The notes under the pieces: generated by a model
Told to the model about the DNA's origin: nothing
The model's input: only the letters and a program-made list of their open reading frames with translations
The model's database searches: none
Position numbers and translations under genes: made by a program
DNA from: an uncultured beta proteobacterium
Lineage (GTDB): Bacteria > Pseudomonadota > Gammaproteobacteria > Burkholderiales > Burkholderiaceae_C
Assembly: GCA_903853895.1 (NCBI GenBank)
Contig: CAINUX010000022.1
Coordinates: 10,896 to 74,895 of the forward strand
Reading direction: 5' to 3'
Length of the DNA stretch: 64,000 bases
Part shown: positions 45,237 to 54,454 of the stretch, one piece after another
How the letters are laid out: each line of letters begins with the position of its first letter
How positions within the stretch are numbered: position 1 is the first letter of the stretch

Positions 45237-46421
45237 ATGTCCAAGATCAAAGCGTTCATCGGGCGGGGCGTCTCCCGACTGATTACGAGCGCCAGCGCGC
45301 AGAACCTGCGTCGCTCTATCCATACTTGGCAAAGGCGCACTTTGGGCCGGACGCCTACGGTGCACTATTTCCATCAACCAGACGACCCCTACAGTCAGCT
45401 TCTGGAGCGTTGCCTGCCAATACTGCAATCGCGCTACGCTGTTTCCATTGTTTCGCATGTGGTGCCGCCACCGGACGTGGCCGCCGCGCCCGACCTTGAG
45501 CGGCTAAGAGCCTGGTCACTTCGCGATGCGGATCGCCTGGCGGCTGCCCTCTCTGTGCTGCCCCCGCTCGGGGCTACTGCGGCCGCTCCGCAAGCAGCTT
45601 CATCGACAGCGCTGGCGCAAGGAGCAGCGCTTCGTAAGCGGCTAGGACATTATCTGGGCGCTACGCTGTATTTCGAAGGCGAGTGGTACTGGGGATTGGA
45701 CCGCCTGCACTACCTCGAAACCCGACTTGCAGAGGCCGGCCTAAAAGTTGCAACGCCAGCAGGAGATGAAATCTCCACTTACATTTTTACACCCCGTTTC
45801 TTGCAGTTTCAGACAATTTCCAAGTCCAAAACTCCAGCACACGTTATCCATTTTTACTGCTCGCTGCGCAGTCCTTACACCTACCTGGCCGCGCGTCAGA
45901 TTCGCCAACTGGCGAACCACTACGGGGCCGAGTTGCGATTGCGTTTTGTGTTACCCATGGTCATGCGCGGCTTGCCAGTCCCGCTGCCAAAACGTTTGTA
46001 CATTCTGCGGGATACGAAACGTGAAGCAGATCGATTGGGACAATCGTTTGGAACGATAGTCGACCCGGTTGGTAGACCGGTAGAGAACGGGCTGGCTTTG
46101 CTGCATGCTGCTGTCCAAAAAGGCCGCGGGGCCGCCCTGCTGGAATCATTTCTGGAGGGTGTCTTTGCACAAGGCATCGACGCTGGCAGCGTGCGCGGGC
46201 TAAACACCATTGCGACGCGTGCCGGGTTGAGCGCATCCGACATCGAATCGGCTCTGCAGGATGAAACCTGGCGCCCAGTTGCTGAAGCCAATCGGGCCGA
46301 CATGCTGGCGCGTGGCATCTGGGGAGTACCCTCATTTCGTGTCAATGACATGCCCCTGCTGTGGGGTCAGGACCGGCTGTGGATGCTGGAAGAAGATCTC
46401 ATCTCGGCATTGCAAGAATGA
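45237..46421 (+). CDS. tandem DsbA-like 2-hydroxychromene-2-carboxylate isomerase family protein
   Basis: 394 aa from ATG 45237. The C-terminal half has VIHFYCSLRSPYTYLA...GIWGVPSF, the HCCA-isomerase/DsbA pattern. The N-terminal half repeats a degenerate version (VHYFHQPDDPYSQLL). Confidence 0.72.
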   Translation: MSKIKAFIGRGVSRLITSASAQNLRRSIHTWQRRTLGRTPTVHYFHQPDDPYSQLLERCLPILQSRYAVSIVSHVVPPPDVAAAPDLERLRAWSLRDADRLAAALSVLPPLGATAAAPQAASSTALAQGAALRKRLGHYLGATLYFEGEWYWGLDRLHYLETRLAEAGLKVATPAGDEISTYIFTPRFLQFQTISKSKTPAHVIHFYCSLRSPYTYLAARQIRQLANHYGAELRLRFVLPMVMRGLPVPLPKRLYILRDTKREADRLGQSFGTIVDPVGRPVENGLALLHAAVQKGRGAALLESFLEGVFAQGIDAGSVRGLNTIATRAGLSASDIESALQDETWRPVAEANRADMLARGIWGVPSFRVNDMPLLWGQDRLWMLEEDLISALQE

Positions 46422-46439
46422 CTCTGCACTTCACCTGAT

Positions 46440-47147
46440 CTAGTGGTCTGTGGCGTCTGTTTTCTTCTCCGCGATGCCCGGCTCACGCTTTGCCACCATG
46501 TACATATAGCCGTCCACCAGATCGGCCATCGCCTGGGCAAACTGTGGTGACGTCGTGTCGGGATCATCATTCCAGATGGCCGTACGCAACGCGCCCAGAA
46601 AAGAACGGGACAACACAAACATCTCGGTCGGGTTGAGCAAGCGTTGCATCGTCAAACCCTGCGTGCGCAGCGAAACGCTGGCAAGCATTTGGCCCAGGAA
46701 CGTGTTGCGCCCCTCAATCATCCGCACGTCGCGACGCGACAGCACCCACTCAATAATCGCACGATGGGCCGCTCTGCGTTGACTGAAGGCACCCACCATC
46801 ATGTCCACCAGATCGCGCGTAGTTTGTTTCTTGCCACGCGCCGCCGCGTCACTGAACTCTGCCAGCAAGGTTTGCCTTTGCCGTTCACTCTCCAGCTCGA
46901 CGAGCGCCATCATTACTGCATCGATATTTTCAAAGTACTGGTAGAGGGTGCCAACGCCATAGCCGGATCGCTCGGCCAACGCTGCCACCTTGAATCCATC
47001 CAGTCCCTCCGTTTCCAAAATCTGAACGGCGCTCTCCAAAATCGCTTCGACTGTCTGTCGGGAACGGTCTTGTTGTGGCGCTCTTACTATTGATTTTATT
47101 GATGTTTTCTGTGATTTTTTGGCCATTGCAGGGTTACCCGAAAACAT
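46440..47147 (-). CDS. TetR family transcriptional regulator
   Basis: HTH VAALAERSGYGVGTLYQYFENIDAV. It is divergent from the operon starting at 47239. ATG 47126 is an alternative start. Confidence 0.88.
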   Translation of the reverse strand: MFSGNPAMAKKSQKTSIKSIVRAPQQDRSRQTVEAILESAVQILETEGLDGFKVAALAERSGYGVGTLYQYFENIDAVMMALVELESERQRQTLLAEFSDAAARGKKQTTRDLVDMMVGAFSQRRAAHRAIIEWVLSRRDVRMIEGRNTFLGQMLASVSLRTQGLTMQRLLNPTEMFVLSRSFLGALRTAIWNDDPDTTSPQFAQAMADLVDGYMYMVAKREPGIAEKKTDATDH

Positions 47148-47238
47148 GAAACATTTTACTGAATCTATTTCATAAACTATAGGCTAGTCAACCGCAAAAA
47201 GGGTTGCTGGGGGTAGCAACTTTTCTCCGGAGGCATTC

Positions 47239-48063
47239 ATGACTGATTTGACCGTACGCAAGCTATTGATTGACCTCACCACGCCATTTGCCACGCGATG
47301 GAACGGCGGTGATGCGTTTCGCTCGGCATTTTTCAATGCCTTATCGATGAGTTTCCCCATCGGCGAACAGTATTTCATGGATTCAGTACGGGCCGGTCTC
47401 AAGACACTGCCCGAAAACGAACGCGCGTGCCTGGCTACGGAAGTGCAAGGCTTTGTCGGCCAGGAAGCGACCCACCGGCGCATCCATGGATTGTTCAACG
47501 CCCACCTGGAAAAACAGGGCTACACCAATGAACTCGAACGCCGCGCCGCGCGACGACTCCAACAAAACGCCCACCGTGACGTTCGCGTCCACGTTGGCGC
47601 CACTGCAGCTACCGAGCACCTGACCGCCATTTTCGCCGACTGGATGCTGAAGCACCCTGCTGCGCTGCACGGCGCCGAGCCCAGACTGCAAACCCTATGG
47701 CTGTGGCACAGCGCGGAAGAGTCCGAGCACCGCAGTACGGCCTTTGACATCTACAAGGCTCTGAAGGGCAGTGAAGAGTGGCGCATAAAGATATTCCGAT
47801 ACATCACCGTGACGTTCCTGTCCGATGTGACACGCCAGACCGTGCGCAACTTGTGGCACGACGGCAGTCTGTTCAAGTGGAGCACTTGGCGCAGTGCCTA
47901 CCAGCTACTGCTATCTAAGGACGGCATGTTCCGAGGCAACTACAAGTTGTGGAGCGACTACATGGCACCAGGCTTTCATCCGCGCCAACAGGATGGATCC
48001 CTGTCAGTGCAATGGCTCAAAGCAAATTCCAACCAGTTCACCCCGGTTGGTCAATCCGCGTAA
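47239..48063 (+). CDS. predicted metal-dependent hydrolase (PF10118-like)
   Basis: GGAGG RBS. FNALSMSFPIGEQYFMDSVR...FVGQEATHRRIH...WHSAEESEHRS matches the di-metal helical hydrolase family as I recall it. Confidence 0.72.
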   Translation: MTDLTVRKLLIDLTTPFATRWNGGDAFRSAFFNALSMSFPIGEQYFMDSVRAGLKTLPENERACLATEVQGFVGQEATHRRIHGLFNAHLEKQGYTNELERRAARRLQQNAHRDVRVHVGATAATEHLTAIFADWMLKHPAALHGAEPRLQTLWLWHSAEESEHRSTAFDIYKALKGSEEWRIKIFRYITVTFLSDVTRQTVRNLWHDGSLFKWSTWRSAYQLLLSKDGMFRGNYKLWSDYMAPGFHPRQQDGSLSVQWLKANSNQFTPVGQSA

Positions 48064-48066
48064 GAC

Positions 48067-48699
48067 ATGGAACCCAATATGCTGCCAACCTGGATGATGA
48101 TCGCATTGCCGCTGGCGGCGCTCTACATCGCGTTTCTGATTTGGTATGGGGGCAATGGCAAGCCGATGACAGCGGATGAAATCAACACTGGTCTGCGGGA
48201 ACTGCTGGCTACCGACAACAGCGAGCATGGTCGGGCGGCCGTTGAAGATGTGCGTCAACTCCTGGCCAGCGATGACGGCAAGGAGTTCGTCATGCAGAAT
48301 CTGGTGCGCTATCGCCCCAAGGCACTCTACCCGCCCGGATACAACTACAACGACGACCCGCGCGCGGCCGACAAACGCTATGGAAAGTCCATCGTCTGGC
48401 CTCTGCTACGTAACGGCAATCTGCTGCTGTTCATCGCAAGGCGCTGCGGCAACTTCTTTGTCCCCGAAGGTGCCGATGATTGGCATTACGTTGCCATGGT
48501 GCGCTATCGCAGTCGCAGGGATTTTCTGAAGTTTGCTTTTGAAGCCAATAGAGCAGACAAGTTTGTCCATAAGTGGGCGGCCATCGAAAAGACACACGTC
48601 TTTCCGGTGAAGCCCATTGTGAGTTTGTTTGCAGTGCGTGCGCTAATTGGCCTGTTCCTGTTCAGCTTGTGCTGCGTCCTGATCGCGGCATGTCGATGA
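48067..48699 (+). CDS. hypothetical membrane protein
   Basis: 210 aa with N- and C-terminal TM helices. It lies 3 nt after the preceding stop. I recognised no family. Confidence 0.6.
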   Translation: MEPNMLPTWMMIALPLAALYIAFLIWYGGNGKPMTADEINTGLRELLATDNSEHGRAAVEDVRQLLASDDGKEFVMQNLVRYRPKALYPPGYNYNDDPRAADKRYGKSIVWPLLRNGNLLLFIARRCGNFFVPEGADDWHYVAMVRYRSRRDFLKFAFEANRADKFVHKWAAIEKTHVFPVKPIVSLFAVRALIGLFLFSLCCVLIAACR

Positions 48700-49538
48700 A
48701 CCAGCGCGCCATGACCATCACGCTGATAGTCATCGCACTTGCAGGTTTGCATCTATGGGCAGGGTTACCGGCCACTTTGAGGGCATTGGGCCTGCATGCC
48801 CACTACAACGGGCCGACCTATAGCCTGCCTGGAAAGAGGGCGTTGATTGTCACTACCAGCCATGCAAGCCTGGGCGATACCGGCAAGGCAACTGGTGTAT
48901 TTGGGTCGGAGATGACCGCGCCGTACTATGAATTTCTGGACGCCGGCATGCAAGTCGATTTGGCCAGCATTCAGGGCGGAGCCATTCCCATCGAGCCGGA
49001 TTCCTTTCGCTGGTTTCTCATCGCCGAGTCGGACACACGTTACCTCAAGGACCCGAATTTTCAGGCCAAGGTGGCTTCGTCCAAGAAGATTGATGACATA
49101 GACATCAACCAATACGACGTTGTATTCCTGGCCGGTGGCTGGGGGGCAGCCTATGACCTGGGAACCTCAGCGGTTCTGGGAAAAAAAATGACCCAGGCCT
49201 GGAGCGCCGGCAAAGTTATTGGTGGGGTGTGCCATGGCCCTCTTGGGCTACTGCTGGCCCAAGATGCCACTGGCGAACCGCTGGTCAAAGGAAAGCGCAT
49301 GACCGCGGTGACTGACCGTCAGGTGCAGCAGTTGGGTATTCCCTTCACACCCCAGCATCCCGAGCGGGAGTTGCGCGCGGCTGGAGCGCTGTTTGAAAGT
49401 TCAACCGCATTCAAGGATTTCTTTGCGACCCACACGACGGTCGATGGCAAACTGGTAACGGGACAAAATCAGAATGCCGGATATGAAACGGCGCAAAAAA
49501 TGATACTGACCGCGGGCGGAAAGCCACGAACACCATGA
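48690..49538 (+). CDS. DJ-1/PfpI (type 1 glutamine amidotransferase-like) protein, membrane-anchored or secreted
   Basis: N-terminal hydrophobic segment AMTITLIVIALAGLHLWAG. The nucleophile elbow is GGVCHGPLGLL, with FLAGGWGA upstream. The start is 48690 or 48696, the latter giving an ATGA overlap. Confidence 0.8.
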   Translation: MSMNQRAMTITLIVIALAGLHLWAGLPATLRALGLHAHYNGPTYSLPGKRALIVTTSHASLGDTGKATGVFGSEMTAPYYEFLDAGMQVDLASIQGGAIPIEPDSFRWFLIAESDTRYLKDPNFQAKVASSKKIDDIDINQYDVVFLAGGWGAAYDLGTSAVLGKKMTQAWSAGKVIGGVCHGPLGLLLAQDATGEPLVKGKRMTAVTDRQVQQLGIPFTPQHPERELRAAGALFESSTAFKDFFATHTTVDGKLVTGQNQNAGYETAQKMILTAGGKPRTP

Positions 49539-51199
49539 ACTTGAAAAGAAGGCTCACCATCGCCTTAGTGGTGTTGACATCCCTTTTTGCATTGCTGTAT
49601 GTCAACCGTTTGCACTTGTTCAAATACTCATTGGGCTGGTACACAGACCTCATACATCCGCGTAGCCCCAATGTGCCCGTGCCATGGATGGATGGGCCCC
49701 AACAGGCAGCGACCCCGATCAATGAGCGCCCGCCAAATGTCATCATCATTCTTGCAGACGATATGGGCATCAACGACGTCACGACCCATGGCGGTGGTCT
49801 CGTTGCGGAAGGCGTTCCAACCCCGCACATCGACTCCATAGCCCGCGATGGTGTGCGATTTGACCAAGGTTATTCAGGTGCCCCCGTTTGCACAGTGTCT
49901 CGGGCTGCACTGCTGACAGGGCGCTATCCGTGGCGTTTTGGTGTGGAATTCACGCCAACGCCGGGGGCAATGGCACGTGTGGCAGGCGCACTGTATGCCG
50001 ACCCCAAAGCGTTGCATCCGGTCATCATTGACCAGGCGAAAGCGGAGTTATCAAAAGACTTCAACGATCTGGGGATGCCTCCTGGTGAAGTCACCATGGC
50101 AGAGACACTCAAGGCGCGCGGCTACCACACCCTGCACATCGGCAAGTGGCATCTGGGTAGCACTGCGGCGATGCGGCCCAACAACCAAGGGTTTGATGAA
50201 ACGCTTTTTTGGGAGAGCGGCCTGCACTTGCCCGAGAATTCACCGGACGTCGAGAACTCCAAACAAGAGTTTGACCCTATCGACAAGTTTCTATGGCCCA
50301 ACATGCGCTTTGGCGTCAGCTACAACGGCGGAAAGTGGTTTGAACCAGCCAAGTACCTGGCCGACTACTACACCGATGAAGCCATTCATGTAATCCAGAA
50401 GAACAAGAACAGACCCTTCTTCATGTACCTGGCACATTGGGGCGTGCACACCCCGCTGCAAGCTACCAAGGCGGACTACGAGGCACTGGGCCATATCAAG
50501 GACCATCGCATGCGTGTGTATGCCTCGATGGTGCGCAGCATCGACCGTAGCGTTGGTCGCGTTCTGCAAGCCCTTAGAGACGAGGGCCTGGATCAGAATA
50601 CGATGGTGATCTTTACCAGTGACAACGGAGCGCCCGGCTACATCGGTCTACCCAACGTCAACAAACCCTTTCGCGGCTGGAAACTCACCATGTTTGAAGG
50701 TGGATTGCGGGTTCCGTATGTGGCCAAGTGGCCCGGGCACATTGCCCCGGGCACACAGTACCCGGCCCCCATCACCAATGTCGACATCATGCCAACGGTC
50801 GTCGCGGCAGCAGGTGGCGTCATGCCGAACGACCGAACGATTGACGGCGTGAATCTGCTGCCCTACCTCGCGGCTAAACCCGCAACGCAACCTGGACGTG
50901 CCCTGTTCTGGCGAGACGGTACCTACCGCGCCATGCAGGAAGACAAATGGAAATTGATCGTATCCGAGCGCCCCCGCAAGGACTGGCTGTTCAATCTGTC
51001 GGTGGATCCGACTGAAAAGGTCAATCTGGCCAAAGACCAGCCAGACCGTCTGGCCACGATGAAGGCAAGACTGTCAAAGCACCATGCAGACATGCCAGCA
51101 CCGCTATGGCCATCCTTCATTGAGATGCCAGTTGCAATTGACAAAACGCTGGATCAGCCACTGACAGCGAGCGACGAATACACCTACTGGGTCAATTGA
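49535..51199 (+). CDS. sulfatase family protein with non-canonical CTVSR motif
   Basis: ATGA overlap with the upstream gene and an N-terminal TM. It has IILADDMGINDV, and PVCTVSRAALLTGR where C-x-P-x-R is expected. The remainder is a sulfatase fold (LHIGKWHLG, FTSDNGA). Confidence 0.88.
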   Translation: MNLKRRLTIALVVLTSLFALLYVNRLHLFKYSLGWYTDLIHPRSPNVPVPWMDGPQQAATPINERPPNVIIILADDMGINDVTTHGGGLVAEGVPTPHIDSIARDGVRFDQGYSGAPVCTVSRAALLTGRYPWRFGVEFTPTPGAMARVAGALYADPKALHPVIIDQAKAELSKDFNDLGMPPGEVTMAETLKARGYHTLHIGKWHLGSTAAMRPNNQGFDETLFWESGLHLPENSPDVENSKQEFDPIDKFLWPNMRFGVSYNGGKWFEPAKYLADYYTDEAIHVIQKNKNRPFFMYLAHWGVHTPLQATKADYEALGHIKDHRMRVYASMVRSIDRSVGRVLQALRDEGLDQNTMVIFTSDNGAPGYIGLPNVNKPFRGWKLTMFEGGLRVPYVAKWPGHIAPGTQYPAPITNVDIMPTVVAAAGGVMPNDRTIDGVNLLPYLAAKPATQPGRALFWRDGTYRAMQEDKWKLIVSERPRKDWLFNLSVDPTEKVNLAKDQPDRLATMKARLSKHHADMPAPLWPSFIEMPVAIDKTLDQPLTASDEYTYWVN

Positions 51200-52251
51200 T
51201 GAAGCAGCTGGATCTCGTCACGGGATGGAGACTGGGTCGCTGGACGGCAACGGTATCAGTTGTATCGATTGTGATTGCGGCAATAGTCATTTTGAGACCA
51301 CAGCTGACCTCGCTTTCGCCATCCACAATCCATCAGTCGGTCGCCTGTTCTTTGCCGCCCGACGAGCAGTCGCAGCAGCCCGGCATGGTCTGGGTACCGG
51401 ACGGAAAATTCACAATAGGCGATACGGTCTATCAGGAAGAAGGCCCACCACAGCCGCGGTCCGTGAACGGATTCTGGATGGACCGAACCGAGGTGACCAA
51501 CAAGGATTTCTCAAAATTCATAGCGGCAACTGGCTATGTAACAACCGCTGAACGGCCAGTTGACACCACTGCGCACCCCGATTTACCGCGAGAGCTACAA
51601 CTCCCAGGTTCCGTGGTATTCACCAGTCCGGCGGAACTGGCGCGAGGTGGTGACGTCCGCCAATGGTGGAAATATCAAGCGGGCGCAAATTGGCGTCACC
51701 CTGATGTACCCGCCACTTCAATCGTTAACCGCGATGCGCTTCCAGTAGTGGCGATCACCATCGAAGATGCGCAAGCCTACGCAAAATGGAAGGGGCACCA
51801 GCTTCCCACAGAAGCAGAATGGGAGTGGGCCGCCCGCGGCGGCCAGGCCGCGACACTTGGCAATGTCGAACAACCTGCACAGGCCAACACATGGCAAGGA
51901 CGCTTCCCGGTCAACAACCAGCTCACAGACGGACACCTGGGCCTTGCGCCGGTGGGGTGTTTTGCTCCAAACGGCTATGGGCTGTACGACATGATCGGAA
52001 ACGCCTGGGAAATCACCCGTGACCGTTTTGTGCCGTTCCATGATGCGCGCGACAACACGCCGCCAGATCAGCCCCCCGTAGTAGAACGTCCCGGTAGCCT
52101 TGCCGGTCGATATGTCATCAAAGGTGGTTCTTACCTCTGTGCGCCAAACTATTGCATGCGCTATCGCGCCGGTGCGCGCCAGGGACAGGAAAGCGACTTG
52201 GCCACCAGCCATGTTGGATTTCGCACTATGGTGCGTGCCACGACAAGATGA
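51199..52251 (+). CDS. formylglycine-generating enzyme (SUMF1/FGE family), membrane-anchored
   Basis: The start overlaps the sulfatase stop. It has an N-terminal TM, then MVWVPDGKFTIGD, FWMDRTEVTNKDF, NAWEITRD and GGSYLC, typical of FGE-sulfatase domains. Confidence 0.88.
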   Translation: MKQLDLVTGWRLGRWTATVSVVSIVIAAIVILRPQLTSLSPSTIHQSVACSLPPDEQSQQPGMVWVPDGKFTIGDTVYQEEGPPQPRSVNGFWMDRTEVTNKDFSKFIAATGYVTTAERPVDTTAHPDLPRELQLPGSVVFTSPAELARGGDVRQWWKYQAGANWRHPDVPATSIVNRDALPVVAITIEDAQAYAKWKGHQLPTEAEWEWAARGGQAATLGNVEQPAQANTWQGRFPVNNQLTDGHLGLAPVGCFAPNGYGLYDMIGNAWEITRDRFVPFHDARDNTPPDQPPVVERPGSLAGRYVIKGGSYLCAPNYCMRYRAGARQGQESDLATSHVGFRTMVRATTR

Positions 52252-52325
52252 ATCCACCGCAATGCGGGTACATTTCGGCTATCCCTTCATGTACAACGGC
52301 GGGCACAACAAAGCCCTGAAAAACC

Positions 52326-53738
52326 ATGCAAGCACTCAGCCCGACAGACTCGGCATTTCTGTGGATGGAAACCCGCAACCAGCCCATGCACGTCGCGGGG
52401 CTAAGCATCTATACCCCCCCGCCTGGCTCCGGCCCCGACTACGTCAGCAAATTACTGACCGAATGGGGCAAGTACCACCAGGCCGTGGCACCCTTCAACC
52501 TGCGCCCGGTATTGCGCATGGGGCTGTGGTACTGGGAAGAAGATACAGAATTCGAACTCGACTACCATTTGCGCCATCTGGCACTGCCCCAGCCTGGGCG
52601 TATCCGCGAACTGCTGGCTATGGTGTCCCGGCTGCACGGCAACTTGCTGGACCGCAACCGCCCGCTCTGGGAAACCTATGTGATCGAAGGCCTGCCGGGG
52701 GGACGGTTTGCCACCTACAGCAAGATCCACCATGCCTTGGTGGATGGTGTGACAGGCGCCCGCATGGCGGCCAATGCCATGTGCCTCAACGCCAAGGAGC
52801 ACAAGCCCCCGACCTGGGCCATTCCCTTTACGCAGCATCCCGCAGGCCGACGCAAATCCGCACCGCCGAGCTGGTTGCAGCAGTTGAGTAATGTCGCAAA
52901 GGCCGGGAGGGAAATTCTGCCCGGCGTCGGCAGTGGGCTGTGGGACATCGTGCGCGCCAGTTACGCTGACAGTGCAGCGGCGCTGCCGTTTCAGGCGCCA
53001 CCGACACCGTTCAATGTGGAAATTTCGGGCTCGCGGCGGTTTGCTTCACAGTCCTATTCGCTGTCCAGGCTCAAACACATTGGTGAAGCCGCGGGCGCAA
53101 CGGTGAATGACGTCAGTTTGGCAATCTGCGCCGGCGCTTTGCGGGAGTATTTGCTATCGCAAAACAAGTTGCCCAAAAAGCCGCTGGTGGCCATGGTACC
53201 CGTGTCGCTGCATGGTGAAACCAATGCCGGGGGCAACCAGGTTTCATTGATACTGGCCAGTCTGGCAACCCACATTGCTGACCCCGTAAAGCGGTTGAAG
53301 CGGATTGTGGAGTCCACATCACAAGCCAAGGACCGTTTGACCAAGATGCCGAGGCTGCAAAAAATGGCCCACGGGATTACGTCGATATCGCCGATGGGCG
53401 TTGGCATGGTTACCGGAACTTCGGAGAAGCACCCCCCGTTTAACCTGGTCATCTCCAATGTTCCCGGCCCCCGGGAAACGCTGTACCTCAATGGCGCGAG
53501 GCTCGACGAGGTGTACCCGGTCTCTATCCCCACGCACTACCTGGCACTGAACATCACCATCAGTGGCTACGGCGACCGGCTCGGATTTGGCTACATCGCG
53601 TGCCGCCGCTCGGTGCCGGCCCTGCAGCGCATGCTGGACTACACACACAACGCCATCATGGAACTGGAGGCCGGGCTGGGCATCGGTTCGCACCCGCCCC
53701 GTCGGGCAACACCCAAAAAGAAGATCCCGAAAGTTTGA
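52326..53738 (+). CDS. wax ester synthase / diacylglycerol acyltransferase (WS/DGAT)
   Basis: N-terminal LSPTDSAFLWMET and the catalytic HHALVDG motif. 470 aa. Confidence 0.88.
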   Translation: MQALSPTDSAFLWMETRNQPMHVAGLSIYTPPPGSGPDYVSKLLTEWGKYHQAVAPFNLRPVLRMGLWYWEEDTEFELDYHLRHLALPQPGRIRELLAMVSRLHGNLLDRNRPLWETYVIEGLPGGRFATYSKIHHALVDGVTGARMAANAMCLNAKEHKPPTWAIPFTQHPAGRRKSAPPSWLQQLSNVAKAGREILPGVGSGLWDIVRASYADSAAALPFQAPPTPFNVEISGSRRFASQSYSLSRLKHIGEAAGATVNDVSLAICAGALREYLLSQNKLPKKPLVAMVPVSLHGETNAGGNQVSLILASLATHIADPVKRLKRIVESTSQAKDRLTKMPRLQKMAHGITSISPMGVGMVTGTSEKHPPFNLVISNVPGPRETLYLNGARLDEVYPVSIPTHYLALNITISGYGDRLGFGYIACRRSVPALQRMLDYTHNAIMELEAGLGIGSHPPRRATPKKKIPKV

Positions 53739-53744
53739 CGGCCG

Positions 53745-54251
53745 CTACGTTGTAGGAACCATTCCCAATTCGGCATTGTTCAGCAATGCCTCCATATTCA
53801 TCACAATCAGCATACGCTCACCAACGTGTGCCAGGCCGAGGATAAAGCGGGAGTCAATGGCCGACTCAAATTGCGGAGCGGGCTTGATCGTCTTGGAGTC
53901 CAGCGACACCACATCAGACACCGCGTCGACCACTGCTCCAGTGATAGAGCCACGCACATTCAGAATAATCACCACCGTAAACTCGTTGTACTCCACTTTG
54001 GAGATATTGAGCTTCATGCGCAGATCGACAATCGGCACAATCACGCCACGCAGGTTGATGACGCCTTTGATGAAGATGGGGGAGTTCGCCATTCGAGTCG
54101 GCTCTTCATACGACCGGATTTCTTGCACGCGCATGATGTCAATGGCGTAGTCCTCGTCACCCAAACGCAAGGTCAGGTATTGGCCAGAATCGGCAACAGC
54201 GGCGGCTTTGGGTTTAGATTCCAACGATGGTGTGCTAGGTGATGTTTGCAT
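53745..54251 (-). CDS. cheW: chemotaxis coupling protein CheW
   Basis: YLTLRLGDEDYAIDIMRVQEIR...IKGVINLRGVIVPIVDLR is the classic CheW fold signature. 168 aa. Confidence 0.9.
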   Translation of the reverse strand: MQTSPSTPSLESKPKAAAVADSGQYLTLRLGDEDYAIDIMRVQEIRSYEEPTRMANSPIFIKGVINLRGVIVPIVDLRMKLNISKVEYNEFTVVIILNVRGSITGAVVDAVSDVVSLDSKTIKPAPQFESAIDSRFILGLAHVGERMLIVMNMEALLNNAELGMVPTT

Positions 54252-54454
54252 GGCGAATTCCTTAACTATCAGGACGGGATTTCACTCTCATTACGGGCTA
54301 TCCAGACGATCATACACGCCGTCGCCTACCCTTTCACCGAGCAGTGTGCCACCAGCCTGACGGACAAGCAAGCGCACCAAATGGTGCATAAAACACAGAC
54401 GACAGGAAGAATCCTGTTATGGTTAGCGCACCTCTCCCCATGGCCTAAGCGCGC

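Noticed and set aside
52100-52891. 263-aa ORF spanning the FGE/WS-DGAT junction
   Set aside because: It overlaps two confidently called genes out of frame. Its translation is Pro/Arg/Ala-rich and motif-free.
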